From NCBI GenBank assembly GCA_047974165.1, contig JBKECB010000035.1, positions 1 to 17,881 on the forward strand: DNA of 17,881 nt, given 5' to 3'. Below the pieces are notes generated by a model that ran no database searches, was not told where the DNA came from, and worked only from the letters and a program-made list of their open reading frames with translations. The stretch is from Lactovum sp. (lineage in GTDB: Bacteria > Bacillota > Bacilli > Lactobacillales > Streptococcaceae). This document shows positions 17,601-17,881 of the stretch, one piece after another. The first letter of the stretch is position 1. Every line of letters starts with the position of its first letter. The translations under genes and the position numbers were made by a program.

Positions 17601-17881
17601 AAAATTAAATATTATGACCATAAACTTGGTAGTCATATGGATATAACACCTAAAAATTCTAAGAATAAAGTAATACTAAAGTCAATAAAATCATGGCGAA
17701 CTGATGTTTATTATAATAAACAAACTAAAAGTTATGAGTTATTAGGACTTAAATATAGAGACTTAAAATATACAAATGGAACTTATGGTATTAGCCAAGA
17801 AGATTATGAAAAATTAAAATATGGAATTGAAAAAGATGGTACGATACTTTGGAAACCGATTAGCAAAGAAAGTGAGTTTTG
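14670..17881 (+). CDS. cas9: Cas9 (type II-A, S. thermophilus CRISPR1 / St1Cas9-like), 5' portion only. The ORF is open to the end of the window (at least 1070 codons) and is absent from the supplied ORF track because it has no in-window stop.
   Basis: RuvC-I GLDIGISSVGW (D9). Arg-rich bridge helix RRSFRGARRLIRRRKNRL. RuvC-II HVVIELPRE (E505, nt 16182-16184). HNH EIDHIIP...DNKV...NQEK (H595, nt 16452-16454). RuvC-III DTHHHHAIDA (H739/D742, nt 16884-16895). Long collinear identity blocks with St1Cas9: KRKYFHGPGSEKSRTDYG, NLLNDLNNLTVP, ELIPEL..TS.EQMTIL, LTEEIYNPVV.KS, RTP, DTRY, KYSK..NGP.K..KYYD.KLG.H.DITPK.S.NKV.L.S...WR.DVY.NK.T..YE.LGLKY.DL. Confidence 0.92.
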   Translation, partial: MTRYSVGLDIGISSVGWSIVDIDKKEIVDLGSRIFPSGNAESNQKRRSFRGARRLIRRRKNRLSDLQKILSEKGFPIRLNSSANVYELRVKALTEQLSREELSIVLYHLVKRRGISYDLGDLEDDGTSGVTNYKSSINENRKLLQLGKTVGEIQLERLKKYGQVRGQVTIDNISLLNIFPSSAYVEEVERILKTQESFYTEITAEFIDKIKDLIRRKRKYFHGPGSEKSRTDYGIYKVSGETLENLFSELIGKDKINGERRASASSLTAQIYNLLNDLNNLTVPNTEDGKLTTEIKMEILEKAKTTNEQFGLTQICKIIGSKKEEIKGFRIDKSEKPIIHTLSGYRKFRKILAEANVEANDLPTEFFDKVADILTLNTEKAEIRKQLDKEELEISDEIKEIISRENKNLLVDSRATWHSFSYKTLKLLIPELLNTSDEQMTILSKRGLIKVDNKKYQGLTKIPAKLITEEIYNPVVSKSTYESINVFNAISKSLGSENIEHVVIELPREDNEDDIKDNYIDFQKQQKKEKSEADLELLQQLDISFESLKSKYRQYKKLSQKVRFWYQQEGVCPYCGEKIPAIKLVNQNENFEIDHIIPISVSFDDSQDNKVICHSKCNQEKEKQTPLGWINNGGGFGQNKEDYKSKIKANKHYSKNKKYNLLNDVDLNDIEVRRSFISRNINDTRYSSKLVLNELESFFKSNNLPSKVKVVRGKWTSQMRKKWNNSGGLSKSRDTHHHHAIDASIIASFPLVKVFSHRVNLITSVDMETGEVLGKIPILSYKDFKKEVMEISDYPLFKQIEEANDIGHFEKDEKGQSYLVENPQKIKNNPVKFSHKVDKKVNREIANQTIYGTRQRKKIETKGRGKNKKEVEKIENYVFASVNIYAFESRPGVKGWKDAKKLFEKTKNGEKVFLMQEKDPKTWEKLVEILKTYPDKIEQTQADGKVKVSSLSPFELYRKENGFVTKYSKHNNGPKVKKIKYYDHKLGSHMDITPKNSKNKVILKSIKSWRTDVYYNKQTKSYELLGLKYRDLKYTNGTYGISQEDYEKLKYGIEKDGTILWKPISKESEF

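Overview
Low-GC Firmicutes (Streptococcus-like) chromosomal window. Layout from left to right:

- **Positions 1-732:** two small SD-less ORFs of unknown function, plus a possible 3' gene fragment at the left edge.
- **gap (GAPDH):** long AT-rich leader, own extended -10 promoter and a UUCG-tetraloop terminator.
- **Minus-strand operon:** OmpR-type response regulator, then histidine kinase (ATGA-coupled), then a tandem-PepSY lipoprotein. This is YkoGH/YkoIJ-like. It is read from a TGaTATAAT promoter that sits back-to-back with the yqeG promoter.
- **Firmicutes yqe ribosome-maturation/NAD cluster:** yqeG (HAD phosphatase), yqeH (GTPase), yhbY/yqeI, nadD, yqeK, rsfS, yqeM (SAM methyltransferase), tmcAL, then yebC-family regulator.
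- **Insertion splitting that cluster between yqeH and yhbY:** a 72-aa protein translationally coupled to a FloT-type flotillin, a terminator, then an orphan glpK with no glpO/glpF.
- **3' end of the window:** the most important element, and one the ORF track missed because it has no stop codon inside the window. A large ORF starting at 14670 encodes at least 1070 aa of a catalytically intact Cas9, closely related to the S. thermophilus CRISPR1 (St1Cas9) type II-A family.

No CRISPR repeats, no cas1/cas2/csn2 and no tracrRNA-like GC-rich structure occur inside the window. The rest of the locus must lie downstream. Several yqe-cluster genes appear to be read from TGnTATAAT promoters only 6 nt upstream of their ATG, i.e. 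as likely leaderless mRNAs.
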